From Candidatus Kaiserbacteria bacterium (lineage in GTDB: Bacteria > Patescibacteriota > Minisyncoccia > Phycocordibacterales > UBA2100), in contig JACPLC010000007.1 of the NCBI GenBank assembly GCA_016186695.1, positions 11,928-75,927 of the forward strand: DNA of 64,000 bases, given 5' to 3'. Positions within the stretch are counted from its first letter, which is position 1. Each line of letters begins with the position of its first letter. The translations under genes and the position numbers were made by a program. Positions 40,031 to 49,749 of this stretch are shown piece by piece. The notes beneath the pieces were generated by a model. It was not told where the DNA came from. It was given only the letters and a program-made list of their open reading frames with translations, and did not search any database.

Positions 40031-41073
40031 GGAGACCGTCTCTTGAGATGCTCAGTGATCGTCTCGCCAATGTACGAGCGATCGATGACAAAGCCGGCAT
40101 CGTATGCATCGCCGTCTACCCGAGAAGGTAACGCGCCTACAAATATTCCTCCTAAGGCAGGCTCGGTCGCGCCGCGAGGCGTATGTACAAACGCGCTTCC
40201 CGAAACGCCTCGTGCGGGCTGCGGTCTCGATTCATCGACGACCCTTGTGCCGGGCTTATATACAATTTTGGCTTCCCCAGAAGGTAGCGTGATTACGCGA
40301 TACGCTCCAAGATCCGGTTCACGTGTATACTTTTCCATCTTTGTCATATCCATCCCCATCAACCTTGTGACCGCACCCGACACTGTCGGCGAGATGCGTG
40401 ATGGATACAGCTTTCGCTCAAGAGATCCGCGATCGTTGTCATGTGCGATTACCGCTCCGACCTCTCCGGTAATATCGCGATTATCTTGAAGCCGGAATAG
40501 TAGAGCGCCCTGCGTGCCTGTTGCAACAGATGCGCGCTCAAGCGCGCTTAGTTCCCTCACTGCGACATCTCTCTCCTTCGGATGCAGTGTCCAGCGTGTT
40601 CCGGCAGGTGGGGGAACCATATCCGCTACATGCGCTGTAGTCGCAACGAGGTAGTGATATTCTTCCGCGGCGCTGTCTTTTCGGCTCATCGGAACTTTGA
40701 GAAGCGTTCCATTGCCTATAAACGCCCCTCTTTCGTTGCGCAACGTGAGTGCTCCACCGTGCATGCGCTTTTCGTCCTGTTTGAATGGTTCTATCCATTG
40801 GGCTTTTGCTTTTGCGAGTGAACGCATCACGGACCCAAGTTCTTTTCCGGTAGGTGCTTCTTGGAACCGCTTTCGCGCATTCGGATCCCTGACGAGTTTC
40901 TGGAAGTACGCTTCGTCCTGTTTCTCCCGCTCTCGGAGCCACTCCTTATATGAGGCGGCCCGCACCGCGGTGGGCATTGCTGCTAGTGTTCCCGTGCTTA
41001 CGAGTCCTTGCAAAACGCTGCGCCGAGACATCTTTTTGCCCTTCCCTTTGGCTTCTGACTCAAGGGAACCCAT
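40027..41073 (-). CDS. Trypsin-like serine protease-fold protein with twin-Arg-like N-terminus
   Basis: GNGTLL, TTAHV, DVAV, GVSGS; SRRSVL; TATAAT 6 nt before ATG 41073. Confidence 0.65.
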   Translation of the reverse strand: MGSLESEAKGKGKKMSRRSVLQGLVSTGTLAAMPTAVRAASYKEWLREREKQDEAYFQKLVRDPNARKRFQEAPTGKELGSVMRSLAKAKAQWIEPFKQDEKRMHGGALTLRNERGAFIGNGTLLKVPMSRKDSAAEEYHYLVATTAHVADMVPPPAGTRWTLHPKERDVAVRELSALERASVATGTQGALLFRLQDNRDITGEVGAVIAHDNDRGSLERKLYPSRISPTVSGAVTRLMGMDMTKMEKYTREPDLGAYRVITLPSGEAKIVYKPGTRVVDESRPQPARGVSGSAFVHTPRGATEPALGGIFVGALPSRVDGDAYDAGFVIDRSYIGETITEHLKRRSP

Positions 41074-41080
41074 GCCGCAA

Positions 41081-43147
41081 TTATATATCGAGTGTAGCTT
41101 CCTTTGCGTGCGATTGGATGAACGACTTGCGGGCCGGAACGTCGGTGCCCATGAGCATGTCAAAAATCTGATCGGCTTCCTGTGCATCTTCAATCGTTAC
41201 CTGCTTCAGGATGCGCCTTGCCGGATCCATGGTGGTCTCCCAGAGCTCTTCGGCGTTCATTTCGCCCAGACCTTTATAGCGTTGTACCGATATCTTTACG
41301 CCCCTTTTTCCCTTTTCTCCCGTTTCTTCAGATTCCTCCGCAACCGGTTCTGTCTCCAGCGGAACGTTCTCCCCCGCAAGACGGACCTTCTCCTTCTCCT
41401 CGTACGCGTAAAAAACTTCCTTCCCCTTTTTTATCTTGTATAGCGGCGGCTGTGCGATGTAGAGAAAACCTCCATCGATCACCGGACGGAAATGCCGATA
41501 TAGAAGGGTGAGGAGAAGTGTGCGGATGTGTGCGCCATCCACGTCGGCATCTGTTGCGATGATGACTTTGTGGTAACGGAGCTTCGTGATATCGAAGATG
41601 TCACCGATCGCGGTTCCAAGAGCAACCACGAGATTTTTTATCTGCTCCGAGGAAAGCATCTTGTCCAAGCGGGCGCGCTCGATGTTGAGGATTTTGCCAC
41701 GTAGTGGGAGGATCGCCTGTGTGCGACGGTCGCGGCCCGTTTTTGCGGTACCGCCTGCGGAATCACCCTCAACGATAAAGAGCTCGGCTTCCTCTGCGTG
41801 ACGCGTCTGACAATCCGCAAGTTTTCCCGGCAGCTGCATGCCCTCCAAAGCTCCTTTGCGCAATATCGAATCTTTGGCAGCCTTTGCGGCCTTTCGCGCT
41901 TTCATCGCAAGCGTCACTTTACCGACGATCGCGCGCGCATCGTCGGGATGCTCCTCTAGGAACCGCCCAAACGCGTCGCCGAAGACGGCCTCTGTCGCGC
42001 CACGTGCCTCTACGCTCCCGAGCTTTGATTTCGTCTGTCCCTCGAATTGCACTTCACGCATCTTTATCGAAATAACAGCCGTTAGACCTTCTAGAACATC
42101 GTCGCCGGTGAACGTTTCTTCCTTGCCGCCCCCGTTGCCATTTTTCAGTTGGGCGTTCAGCGTGCGAGTGAGCGCGGCTTTGAATCCGGTAACGTGCATG
42201 CCGCCTTCCGTGTTGTAAATGTTGTTCGCGAACGCCATGAGGCGCGAAGAGATGTCGTCGACAAATTGGAGTGCGACTTCAACTTGCACACCTTCTTCTT
42301 CCTTCTCGATGTAAAAAATATTTTTGTGAATTGGCTCCAAGTGACGATTCTGAAAGGCGACGAGGCTGCGAAGTCCGCCCTCGAAATAGAAACTTGTCGA
42401 GGGCGCATCCAGCCCCAGCTCCCGCAGGTAAAAGACGCTTTCGTCATCCACTTTTCCGGCCTGACGCAGGTCGATAATCGAGATTCGGAGACCCTTCACG
42501 AGGTATGCCTGCTGGCGCATGTGTGCGACGACCGTATCCCAGTTGAATTCACGCTCGGGAAAGATCTTCGGATCGGGCTCGAAGGTCACGATCGTGCCAT
42601 GCAGATCTGACGAGCCGATTTTTTTTACCTTCGCGAGCGGCTTTCCACCATTTTTGTACTCCTGCATGTATTTGCCGCCGTCACGATGTACCTCTGCGTA
42701 CACGACACTTGAAAGTGCATTCACGACAGAAACGCCGACGCCGTGCAAACCGCCCGAGACCTTGTATCCCTCGCCACCGAATTTGCCTCCTGCATGGAGT
42801 TTGGTCATGACCGTTTCAAGCGCGGAAACTTTTGTTTTCGGATGAATGTCCACCGGAATACCGCGACCATTGTCGGCAACCCGCACACGATTCTCCGGCA
42901 AAAGCGCGACCTCGATGTCGTTGGCGAATCCGCCCATCGCCTCGTCACGCGAGTTGTCGAAGACTTCCCAAACGAGATGGTGGAGGCCGGAGGTACCGGT
43001 TGTGCCGATGTACATGCCGGGGCGGCGGCGCACGGCTTCCAAGCCTTCGAGCACCGTAATCTGCTCGGCACCATACGATCCTGTTGAATTATTTTGCCCC
43101 TTTTTGGGGGCTGATTCTTTGACCTTTTTGACCTTACTTTTAGCCAT
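41081..43147 (-). CDS. gyrB: DNA gyrase subunit B
   Basis: GLEAVRRRPGMYIG, EGDSAGG, PLRGKILN, DADVDG, RYKGLGEM. Confidence 0.96.
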   Translation of the reverse strand: MAKSKVKKVKESAPKKGQNNSTGSYGAEQITVLEGLEAVRRRPGMYIGTTGTSGLHHLVWEVFDNSRDEAMGGFANDIEVALLPENRVRVADNGRGIPVDIHPKTKVSALETVMTKLHAGGKFGGEGYKVSGGLHGVGVSVVNALSSVVYAEVHRDGGKYMQEYKNGGKPLAKVKKIGSSDLHGTIVTFEPDPKIFPEREFNWDTVVAHMRQQAYLVKGLRISIIDLRQAGKVDDESVFYLRELGLDAPSTSFYFEGGLRSLVAFQNRHLEPIHKNIFYIEKEEEGVQVEVALQFVDDISSRLMAFANNIYNTEGGMHVTGFKAALTRTLNAQLKNGNGGGKEETFTGDDVLEGLTAVISIKMREVQFEGQTKSKLGSVEARGATEAVFGDAFGRFLEEHPDDARAIVGKVTLAMKARKAAKAAKDSILRKGALEGMQLPGKLADCQTRHAEEAELFIVEGDSAGGTAKTGRDRRTQAILPLRGKILNIERARLDKMLSSEQIKNLVVALGTAIGDIFDITKLRYHKVIIATDADVDGAHIRTLLLTLLYRHFRPVIDGGFLYIAQPPLYKIKKGKEVFYAYEEKEKVRLAGENVPLETEPVAEESEETGEKGKRGVKISVQRYKGLGEMNAEELWETTMDPARRILKQVTIEDAQEADQIFDMLMGTDVPARKSFIQSHAKEATLDI

Positions 43148-43178
43148 GTTTCGTGCGTTCATCATAGCAAAAAACAGG

Positions 43179-43328
43179 CCCCTTGTACAGGCCCGGTGAG
43201 GACAATTTCGGATGACTTTTGTTGCGGCTGATTCGCGATTGTTGATCACCTATTGGGCACGTGCGTATCACGAGTACCGCTACAAAACCGCAGTAGAAAC
43301 AATCCGAAATTGTACTACCGGGCAGGGG
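43179..43328 (+). ncRNA. Candidate long structured RNA hairpin
   Basis: Nested complementary arms with G.U pairs valid on the + strand. Confidence 0.45.
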
Positions 43329-43351
43329 AAAACTGCGGGTTTGTGTGCTTT

Positions 43352-45178
43352 CTATCTGACCTCCCAACCCCTCTTTGTGACAGCAGAATGTATCTTCTCC
43401 ATGACGGAGTTCGCCTCCTCATCGGTGAGCGTTTTTTCAAAAGACTGGAGCACGAGATGGAACGCATACGAAATGCGCTCACCCCCGCCCGAACGACCGG
43501 CGTCGTCCGGTCGGGCGGGTTTTTTGAACTGATCGAAGAGCTCGACGTGCCGCAAAAGTCCCTCAGACTCCTCTCCAAAAATAGCAAGAACTTCGCTTAT
43601 GGCCTCCGGTCCCTGCGGCACCCACATCGAGATATCGCGCACGATGAAGGGATACTTCGAGAACGGCTCGTACCGCTCCGTCGTCGAAGTTGGCAATTCC
43701 TCATATCGGGAGATACGATCTCCCGATATTCGAAGGGGTTCTTCGCGAACTCCAGCAGAATCCGCAGTGCCGAGCATTATCACTTCCTTTCCCCCATTCC
43801 AAACCGTCCCGATTTCGAATATCCTGATTTCTTTCAGACCCAGAAGGTCCCGATTGCGAGCATTACGCTCGTACGCATCGCGTAAGCTGTCGACAAGCGT
43901 CGTGCGCAGGTAGGGCTTCTCGCCACCAACTTTGTTTGCGACCGCCCGTTCGCCTTTCTCGGCAAACACAGAAGTGAAAACCTCCGAATATCCCTTTGCG
44001 ATAAGCTTCTCCCGAGTTTTCTCCGCCGCGTAGAAATTCACATTAACCTCCGGCTTCTTCGGAAAAGAGGGTAGCTCAACGCTCGGAATCTTGTCATAAC
44101 CGACAACGCGCGCAACCTCTTCGATAAGATCTTCGGGAATCGTCAGATCAAGCCGCTCGAACGGTACATCTACGGTAAACGTGTCGCCCTGCCTCCCGTT
44201 TTCGAGGCTAAGCCTCGAAAACACATCTGCCACCTGCTCACCTCGCAGCTCTGTACCCAAGACTTTGTTTATCTTTGCTGTCGAGACTGACACGCTCCAT
44301 GATTTCTGCGGAGAAGGGTACTCGTCGACAAAGCCAATAAGCTCGCCCCCCGCGACCTCCGTGATGAGTTTCGCTGCGGCGAGAGTGCCGTACGCGGCGA
44401 GTTCCGGCGAGATAACCTGCTGAAAACGATCGGATGCATCGGTACGCAATTTTAGTGCCTGCGATGTCTTGCGTATTGTGACACCGTCCCAGTTCGCAGC
44501 TTCGATAAAAATGTCGGCTGTTGCACTATCGATCCCTGTCGGTTTCCCACCCTTGATCCCCGCAATGCTTACTACCGACTTCGCGTTCGCATCCTCGATG
44601 ACAAGCATAGAAGGTGTGAGGGCATATTCTTTATCGTCGAGCCCCATAAGTTTCTCGCCTTTCTTTGCCAGACGGATATTGAGTGCACTCGCATTGCTCT
44701 TCTGTTGTAATTTCCCTACGTCAAACGCGTGCAGGGGCTGGCCGATGTCGAACATTACGAAATTCGTCGCATCGACAACGTTGTTGATCGACTTTTGCCC
44801 GACCGCTTCGAGACGCTCACGCAACCACTCCGGCGACGGGCCAACCCGAACACCCTTGATGTAGGCTCCCGTGAATCGTGAGCTTAGTTTCGGGTCTTCA
44901 ATCGTCACCTTTACGATATCGGTTTTCGGTTCAAGCGAGACACGCTCACGGAGTGGATCGTTCTTAAGTGGCATATTGAGAATCGCCGACAACTCCTTGG
45001 CTATCGAGCGGTGCGAAAGGCAGTCGTGCCCGCGATTCGGCGTCACTTTCACGTCCAGCACATTATCCTCCACACTCTCGATCTCGAAGGCGTGGAACGT
45101 CAGTGCATCCGCAAGCGCCTGCGCATCCGGCAATGGAGAATCAAAATACGTCTGCAGCCATTCTCGAGATATCTTCAT
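43352..45178 (-). CDS. pheT: Phenylalanine--tRNA ligase beta subunit (shortened)
   Basis: TPNRGHDCLS, INNVVDATN, DLIEEVARVVGY, SKYP..RDIS; 608 aa. Confidence 0.95.
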   Translation of the reverse strand: MKISREWLQTYFDSPLPDAQALADALTFHAFEIESVEDNVLDVKVTPNRGHDCLSHRSIAKELSAILNMPLKNDPLRERVSLEPKTDIVKVTIEDPKLSSRFTGAYIKGVRVGPSPEWLRERLEAVGQKSINNVVDATNFVMFDIGQPLHAFDVGKLQQKSNASALNIRLAKKGEKLMGLDDKEYALTPSMLVIEDANAKSVVSIAGIKGGKPTGIDSATADIFIEAANWDGVTIRKTSQALKLRTDASDRFQQVISPELAAYGTLAAAKLITEVAGGELIGFVDEYPSPQKSWSVSVSTAKINKVLGTELRGEQVADVFSRLSLENGRQGDTFTVDVPFERLDLTIPEDLIEEVARVVGYDKIPSVELPSFPKKPEVNVNFYAAEKTREKLIAKGYSEVFTSVFAEKGERAVANKVGGEKPYLRTTLVDSLRDAYERNARNRDLLGLKEIRIFEIGTVWNGGKEVIMLGTADSAGVREEPLRISGDRISRYEELPTSTTERYEPFSKYPFIVRDISMWVPQGPEAISEVLAIFGEESEGLLRHVELFDQFKKPARPDDAGRSGGGERISYAFHLVLQSFEKTLTDEEANSVMEKIHSAVTKRGWEVR

Positions 45179-45202
45179 ACTTCTTTCTTCGTACTTCCTG
45201 CT

Positions 45203-45937
45203 TCAGAATTGATTAATGAACCGTAAATCCGCGGAGTGCATGAGGCGGACATCATCTATGCCCCATTTCAGCATCGCGAGACGGTCAAGCCCCATACCGA
45301 ATGCAAATCCCTGATATTTAGCAGGATCGACTCCTGCATTTTTGAGCACGTTCGGATGAACCATACCCGCTCCCATCATTTCGATCCATCGGTCGCGAAG
45401 CTTCGCTGGCGCGTTTTCTCCTGTAAGACGCATCTCGACTTCGACTGAGGGCTCGGTAAAGGGGAAAAAACTTGGGCGAAAACGTGTCTCGACTGAACCA
45501 CGCAACATAGCCCCAAGGAACTTCTCAAGCGTTCCCTTTAGGTGTGCAAGTGATATGTTTTCGTCCACCACCAGACCCTCAATCTGGAAAAATTCGGCCT
45601 CGTGCGTCATGTCGGTAGCCTCGTTGCGAAATGCCCGACCTGGCGCGATGATCCGGTATGGCGGTACATTCCCCTTCTTCATTTGCGCCTCCATGTAACG
45701 GACCTGATTTGTCGATGTGTGAGTACGAAGTACATAGCCCGGCTCGTCTTTGATAAAAAACGTGTCCTGCATATCGCGAGCGGGATGATCCTTCGGAACA
45801 TTGAGTACGTCGAAGTTGTACCACTCGCTGTCGATCAACGGTCCCTCGGCGAACGTAAAGCCCATGTCGAAAAAAATCCGGTTCGCCTCGCGGATGAGGG
45901 ATGAAATGGGGTGAATGTGCCCACGCGCTTCGTTCAT
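45203..45937 (-). CDS. pheS: Phenylalanine--tRNA ligase alpha subunit (no N-terminal coiled coil)
   Basis: HPARDMQDTF, LRTHTS, FPFTEPS, GFAFGMGLDR. Confidence 0.97.
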   Translation of the reverse strand: MNEARGHIHPISSLIREANRIFFDMGFTFAEGPLIDSEWYNFDVLNVPKDHPARDMQDTFFIKDEPGYVLRTHTSTNQVRYMEAQMKKGNVPPYRIIAPGRAFRNEATDMTHEAEFFQIEGLVVDENISLAHLKGTLEKFLGAMLRGSVETRFRPSFFPFTEPSVEVEMRLTGENAPAKLRDRWIEMMGAGMVHPNVLKNAGVDPAKYQGFAFGMGLDRLAMLKWGIDDVRLMHSADLRFINQF

Positions 45938-45949
45938 TGCGGGAATTGT

Positions 45950-46032
45950 ACCCCGTTAGAGGCAATCTGAGAAAAGACCATAGAGGTCTAGCAGATCTAT
46001 AAAAACGAGATTTTCGTAGCCTCTAACGGGGT
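45950..46032. mobile_element. MITE-like element, CCCGTTAGA family, copy 1
   Basis: 14-bp perfect TIR accccgttagaggc / gcctctaacggggt. Confidence 0.7.
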
Positions 46033-46035
46033 GCA

Positions 46036-46851
46036 TCAGAAGCCTTCGATTTGGTAGAGAACGCTGCCATCCTTGATGATAAGGGCGCCGTTGACGACAC
46101 GCGCATCGGCGCGCGCCTTCGGATACAGAACAACGACAACTGGGGTAGGGCGGATATCCATTTCCGAGAAAAAGACGCCGCCTTCTCTCGTCGCGTACAC
46201 GATTCCCCCATCGAAAAGCGCAACGGAAACGGTTGTCTGACTCCCACGCTCAACGACAAATTCCCCTACACAGCTCGAGGGACGCTTGCAGAAGCTGTCG
46301 GGAGATTTTTTCTCAGGATGCACCCAGCTCACATACACGTCGCCCGCGCGGACGAATGCCTCGAGCTCACCTGATTCGGCGGTCGTTGTAGCGGCAATGC
46401 TGAATGCGCGGAGATATGAGTCATAACGCTGTGGCGGGACAGAGCGGATCGGAGGTGTCGAGGTGCTGCGCGCAAGGCGTATCGGTTCTATCTCTTCGGG
46501 AAGGAGAACGACACGCGCCTCGGTAACGATACGCGGCTCAACGACGACCGTCCGATGCCACGACGTCGAACTGGCACGCGTCACCTGAAGTTCATAGGCC
46601 GCGGGGGCGAGATCGTCCATGTAGAAATTTTTGTTGAGAATGCCGCTTCTCCCTACCGCGTCGCCGTCCAGCAAAACCATCGCATCCGAATACGGCACGG
46701 AAATAAAAATCCCTCCTGTCTCGACGATCCCATAGCCCGGCTTATACCGGTAGCCGCCGGCATAGAGAAGTGCCAATGGAACGGAAATGAAAAAAAGCAG
46801 CACAAAAAGCCAGACGTAGAGGCGACGCTTACGAGGCGAAAGCGGCTTCAT
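46036..46851 (-). CDS. PEGA-domain membrane protein
   Basis: N-terminal TM, YAGGYR, TGGIFIS..P..A.V.LDG; start ATG 46851. Confidence 0.75.
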   Translation of the reverse strand: MKPLSPRKRRLYVWLFVLLFFISVPLALLYAGGYRYKPGYGIVETGGIFISVPYSDAMVLLDGDAVGRSGILNKNFYMDDLAPAAYELQVTRASSTSWHRTVVVEPRIVTEARVVLLPEEIEPIRLARSTSTPPIRSVPPQRYDSYLRAFSIAATTTAESGELEAFVRAGDVYVSWVHPEKKSPDSFCKRPSSCVGEFVVERGSQTTVSVALFDGGIVYATREGGVFFSEMDIRPTPVVVVLYPKARADARVVNGALIIKDGSVLYQIEGF

Positions 46852-46968
46852 CCCGTTAGAAGCAGGACGCGGAAACGAAATGCGTTCCGCGCTCAAACTT
46901 ACTATCGCTGATAAATGCTGACGTCATAGATAATGTCTCGATGAGTCGTCCGCGGCTTCTAACGGGAT
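46850..46968. mobile_element. MITE-like element, CCCGTTAGA family, copy 2
   Basis: 14-bp perfect TIR atcccgttagaagc / gcttctaacgggat. Confidence 0.7.
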
Positions 46969-46982
46969 TCATAGTGTTCGCA

Positions 46983-48551
46983 TCATAGGGAAACCGCGGG
47001 CTTCGGTACCCGCAGGGTTGCTTTCCGTGATTTCGGCGTGACCCAAAAGCCGAGGTAGCGGCCAAACATGAGCCGCAGTTGCGCATCAAGCCCGGGGATC
47101 GAACTGAATACGACCATCGTGAGCGGTACCAGTACCCACTGTGCAACCAAGACGACACTCCTGAAACGCGTGTACTCGGGCGGCCGCTTTGGTACGAGAT
47201 ACATGGAAAACGCCGCAGAAGCTACGAGACCGAGCATCGCAACAGCGAGGAACGTGCGTGCCACAGAGGGCAGGCTGTACGAAAGTACAGTCGCATTGAA
47301 TGCATCGCCTCCTATAAATAGCGGCAGCCATCCAACAGCAAGCAGTATCAGAGGGTGCGTCACGAGCGACCAAAAGCCCTCAATCTGAAATAGCGCGGCG
47401 CGAACTTTCTTCCTGAAAGGTATCCGCGGATTCTTGAGAAACGCAAAAAGAATGTAGGCGATGTTCTCTGCCCCGTAGGTCCAACGCCGGTGCTGGAGGT
47501 AAATATTGCGCACCGTTCCGAAAAATGTCGGCGCCACGTTGGCGTCCATTGATACAGGATACGCTATCGGGACGACTTCGTACTCTCCGTCGTATCGTGC
47601 AAAAAGATTCCAGAAGATACGGGAATCCTCCGAGACAATATTTTTCTGCCAGTACCCCGCCTCGTAGAGGGCTGAAAACGGCACCGAGTGCGATGAGAAG
47701 GTCGCGAGCTTTTCAGGCCGCTCCTGCTGGATCATCTGCCAGAACGAACTCGAGTACGCCATCACGCGCGCGAGCATCGGCGCCTCCCAGATATTGTTGT
47801 TATAGAGAGGGACCGGCTGGTAAGAACTTCGCAGAGGGCGCTCGGCAGTGAGAAAATTCCACGTCAGGCAGGAAAAGTACTGCGGATAGACAACCGTATC
47901 GACGTCGAACGCCGAGACAAGGACGTGCTCATACGGAATCCCCCTCGGATCAAGCACGCGCACGCGGGTCTCCTCAGCGGCAAAAGAAATATTTGAGCCC
48001 TTTCCCGGCATCTCGCCTGGCGTCTCGGCAGGATGCCGCGTCGTGATACAGGCCAAGAAACGCGCCCCGAATTCGCGCTCGATACGCGCCGCGACTTCAA
48101 GCGCGCTCCTTCCGGCACGCTCTTCGGCTGCAAGCACAATTACCATCGCCTTCGGATCGGAGCGTGATTCGAGAAGCCCCCGAACGCTTTGAGAGAGAAC
48201 ATCATACCCCTCCTGATAAAACGGAAAGATGACCATCTGCACGATGTGACCGTACTTTAGCGTCTCCAATCGCTCATTCCAGTCGATCACGAGGTTATGC
48301 CGCACCCGCTTAAAATTGTGCCGCAGGTGGATGGAGAGATAAAACGTTTTGAAGAGCCAGTAAATGGAAAAAATGATGGTGAGATAGGCGGCAAAAACCG
48401 GCTTCACGAACGAAAGGACAACAAAGATTCCGAGTGTCGCGAGCGAAAGTGCTCCCGGCAGTATCTCGAAGAGCCGGTAGATGACTCTGTCGCGGCCCGA
48501 AAGCTCGCCCGCTCTTCCGACATGCAAGTACCAATATGTGTTTTCGGCCAT
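46983..48551 (-). CDS. Membrane glycosyltransferase family 2
   Basis: GKGSN, DVD, SED, QHRRW motifs and several TMs. Confidence 0.9.
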   Translation of the reverse strand: MAENTYWYLHVGRAGELSGRDRVIYRLFEILPGALSLATLGIFVVLSFVKPVFAAYLTIIFSIYWLFKTFYLSIHLRHNFKRVRHNLVIDWNERLETLKYGHIVQMVIFPFYQEGYDVLSQSVRGLLESRSDPKAMVIVLAAEERAGRSALEVAARIEREFGARFLACITTRHPAETPGEMPGKGSNISFAAEETRVRVLDPRGIPYEHVLVSAFDVDTVVYPQYFSCLTWNFLTAERPLRSSYQPVPLYNNNIWEAPMLARVMAYSSSFWQMIQQERPEKLATFSSHSVPFSALYEAGYWQKNIVSEDSRIFWNLFARYDGEYEVVPIAYPVSMDANVAPTFFGTVRNIYLQHRRWTYGAENIAYILFAFLKNPRIPFRKKVRAALFQIEGFWSLVTHPLILLAVGWLPLFIGGDAFNATVLSYSLPSVARTFLAVAMLGLVASAAFSMYLVPKRPPEYTRFRSVVLVAQWVLVPLTMVVFSSIPGLDAQLRLMFGRYLGFWVTPKSRKATLRVPKPAVSL

Positions 48552-48627
48552 GGAGCCACCGGTCGGATTCGAACCGACGACCCTCCGTTTACAAAACGGG
48601 AGCTCTAACCAACTGAGCTACGGTGGC
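48551..48627 (-). tRNA. tRNA-Thr (UGU)
   Basis: GCCACCG/CGGTGGC acceptor stem, TTTGTAA anticodon loop, TTCGAAT T-loop, encoded TCCA end. Confidence 0.97.
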
Positions 48628-48764
48628 ACTACTACGCTCCGATGTTACATCGGAGCTTCGAAGTGCAAGCTGCGTCCGAACATGCTACTACTTGCCCTTC
48701 CGAAGCTCAAATGCAATTTGAGCGTAGGAGGGAGCTACGGTGGCTTCCCGCTATTCTGCCTGTT

Positions 48765-49163
48765 TTACTCAAACGTATCAACCTCGCCTTTATTGTCATT
48801 CTTGTGGTCGATAACCTTTTTCAGGAATTCGGAACGGGGCGCGCGGCGCACGAAATTGCGCTTATGCGAGACAAGCTCCGCGAGCTTGTGCGCCTGCAGA
48901 GAAAGAAAACGCAGAAGCGAGGCAAGCGAGAGCGCAATTTCGTGAATGAGGATTCGCAAGAGGTGCAGCATCTCGGGCGGAATTTTCTCAGCATCTGCTT
49001 TTAGCGCGACCATGACACCCTGAAGGAAAAACGCCCACTCATCGAGTTTTTGGCGAAGCGCGGGAAAAGAAACACGGCTGCTCCGTGACTCCCACTCTTT
49101 GAGTCCGAAAAAACCTACGAGGCCAGCGAGTGAAATGAAAAAAACCGTGTACGCGATTATCAT
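48765..49163 (-). CDS. Hypothetical membrane-anchored protein
   Basis: 132-aa ORF directly after tsf, N-terminal TM. Confidence 0.7.
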   Translation of the reverse strand: MIIAYTVFFISLAGLVGFFGLKEWESRSSRVSFPALRQKLDEWAFFLQGVMVALKADAEKIPPEMLHLLRILIHEIALSLASLLRFLSLQAHKLAELVSHKRNFVRRAPRSEFLKKVIDHKNDNKGEVDTFE

Positions 49164-49167
49164 AGAT

Positions 49168-49749
49168 TTAGCGGACGGAGAGCCGTTCGAACCGGACTAG
49201 TTCGACTTTCTCACCGAATTTTTGAATGGCGGAGTCCAGAAGTCCGCGAATTGTAATCGTCGGATCCTTCACAAACGGCTGCTCGAGGAGAACTCGCTCC
49301 TTAAGGTAACTGTCGACCTTGCCCTCGATCGCCTTCGCGCGCACCGCCTCGGGAACCTTCGCCGCCTCATCAGCAAAGACGGCGCGCGCTGCTTTGAGAT
49401 CCTGTTCGGTTACGTCATCGCGCGAGCGAAAGATCGGATTCATCGCGGCAACGTGCATGGCAATATCATAGGCGAGCTTCTGAAACTCCTGATTCTTCGA
49501 GACAAAATCTGTCTCGCACCCCAAGACAACGGCGCCGACAACCGCACCGCCCGCATGCGTGTAGGCAGCAGCGACACCCGCAGCGAGTGTCCGATCTGCT
49601 TTCTTGGAAGCGATCGTCGCGCTTATTTTGCGCAGAATTACTTTTGCTTTTTCAACGTCTCCGCCGGCTTCCTCAAGAGCTTTCTTGCATTGCATGACCG
49701 AAACGCCTGTCTCGTCCCGTAACTTCTTGATTTCTTCAGTAGTCGCCAT
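49168..49749 (-). CDS. tsf: Elongation factor Ts (short form)
   Basis: LRDETG...CKKAL, CETDFV, AMHVAA, LLEQPFVKD. Confidence 0.96.
   Translation of the reverse strand: MATTEEIKKLRDETGVSVMQCKKALEEAGGDVEKAKVILRKISATIASKKADRTLAAGVAAAYTHAGGAVVGAVVLGCETDFVSKNQEFQKLAYDIAMHVAAMNPIFRSRDDVTEQDLKAARAVFADEAAKVPEAVRAKAIEGKVDSYLKERVLLEQPFVKDPTITIRGLLDSAIQKFGEKVELVRFERLSVR

Noticed and set aside
48615-48744. Prophage or genomic island at tRNA-Thr
   Set aside because: Only about 100 bp between the repeats; no integrase or phage genes nearby
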